Shown here in pieces: positions 63,622-64,000 of a DNA stretch of 64,000 bases. The notes below the pieces were generated by a model that saw only the letters and a program-made list of their open reading frames with translations, had not been told where the DNA came from and did no database searches. The translations under genes and the position numbers were made by a program. This DNA is from Octopus sinensis (taxonomy: Eukaryota). How positions within the stretch are numbered: the stretch's first letter is position 1; the number at the start of each line of letters is the position of its first letter. Location of the stretch: contig NC_043010.1 of NCBI RefSeq assembly GCF_006345805.1, positions 48,980,001-49,044,000 of the forward strand, read 5' to 3'.

Positions 63622-63840
63622 TTGGGTTGTCTGGAAAGTTTGTGCCAATTTATAGTAGCTTACCTTTCGACTTATTTTAGAACTTGGTTGAGTCCATAAA
63701 ATAGGATTTGACTACACCTTCATTTAGAGCACATTTTAAGCTGTCTTTTCGTGGAAGAAGGTTTATGTTCCTATAACCTGTGTTAATTCTGTAACCCTTT
63801 AAAATGGAAGATAAAAAAATTCATTTTTGGCAACCCCAAT
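63622..63840 (+). mobile_element. Mariner-derived MITE (5' part of element)
   Basis: TA|TTGGGTTGTC ... GGCAACCCCAAT ends; contains ATGGAAGATAAAAAAATTCATTTT (MEDKKIHF, mariner transposase start). Confidence 0.7.
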
Positions 63841-64000
63841 GCTCAACTGGTACTTATTTTATTGATACCGAAAGGATGAAAGGCAAAGTTGACCCTAGTG
63901 GTATTTGAACTCAGAACATAAAAACAGACGAACCATTGCTAACACATTAATTTACAAGTGAAGTAGAAAAACTGAAGAAACTAATTAAAGTTATTTACGA

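Noticed and set aside
61641-64000. PLPBP exon 2 (expected PRLVAVSKTKP-like motif)
   Set aside because: Motif not found in any frame; probably beyond the window, which limits confidence in the PLPBP call.

Overview
AT-rich, microsatellite-saturated animal genomic DNA. The SINE families and repeat landscape suggest an octopus or related coleoid cephalopod; this is inference, not a database match. Two host genes are supported. (1) A complete 7-exon HSPA13/STCH (ER-type Hsp70 ATPase-only protein) on the minus strand, CDS join(61319..61343, 56312..56401, 53043..53148, 51325..51469, 48495..48714, 45732..45902, 42453..42994) = 1299 nt, 432 aa, all introns GT-AG with consistent phases. (2) The first coding exon (61542..61640, +) of a PLPBP/PROSC-like gene, head-to-head with HSPA13 and only 198 bp from its ATG. 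I recognise no host gene in 1-42 kb. That region is a transposon graveyard: mariner and DD41D Tc1/mariner copies, a Merlin/ISXO2 fragment, Helitron remnants, R4/Dong, RTE and gag-like LINE fragments, TA-, TTAA- and 8-bp-TSD MITEs, and dozens of tRNA-derived SINEs; a Penelope GIY-YIG remnant lies in an HSPA13 intron. The most notable unannotated signal is a set of short Penelope-type terminal modules carrying minimal type-I hammerhead ribozyme motifs with palindromic stem III, including a family with a non-canonical CUGUNGA core, often docked on (TA)n tracts. Two long fold-back palindromes also lie in HSPA13 intron 2. No CRISPR, rRNA or genuine tRNA gene is supported. Most ORFs in the supplied track are microsatellite artefacts. 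Repeat boundaries were read by eye and are approximate unless a TSD/TIR is quoted.
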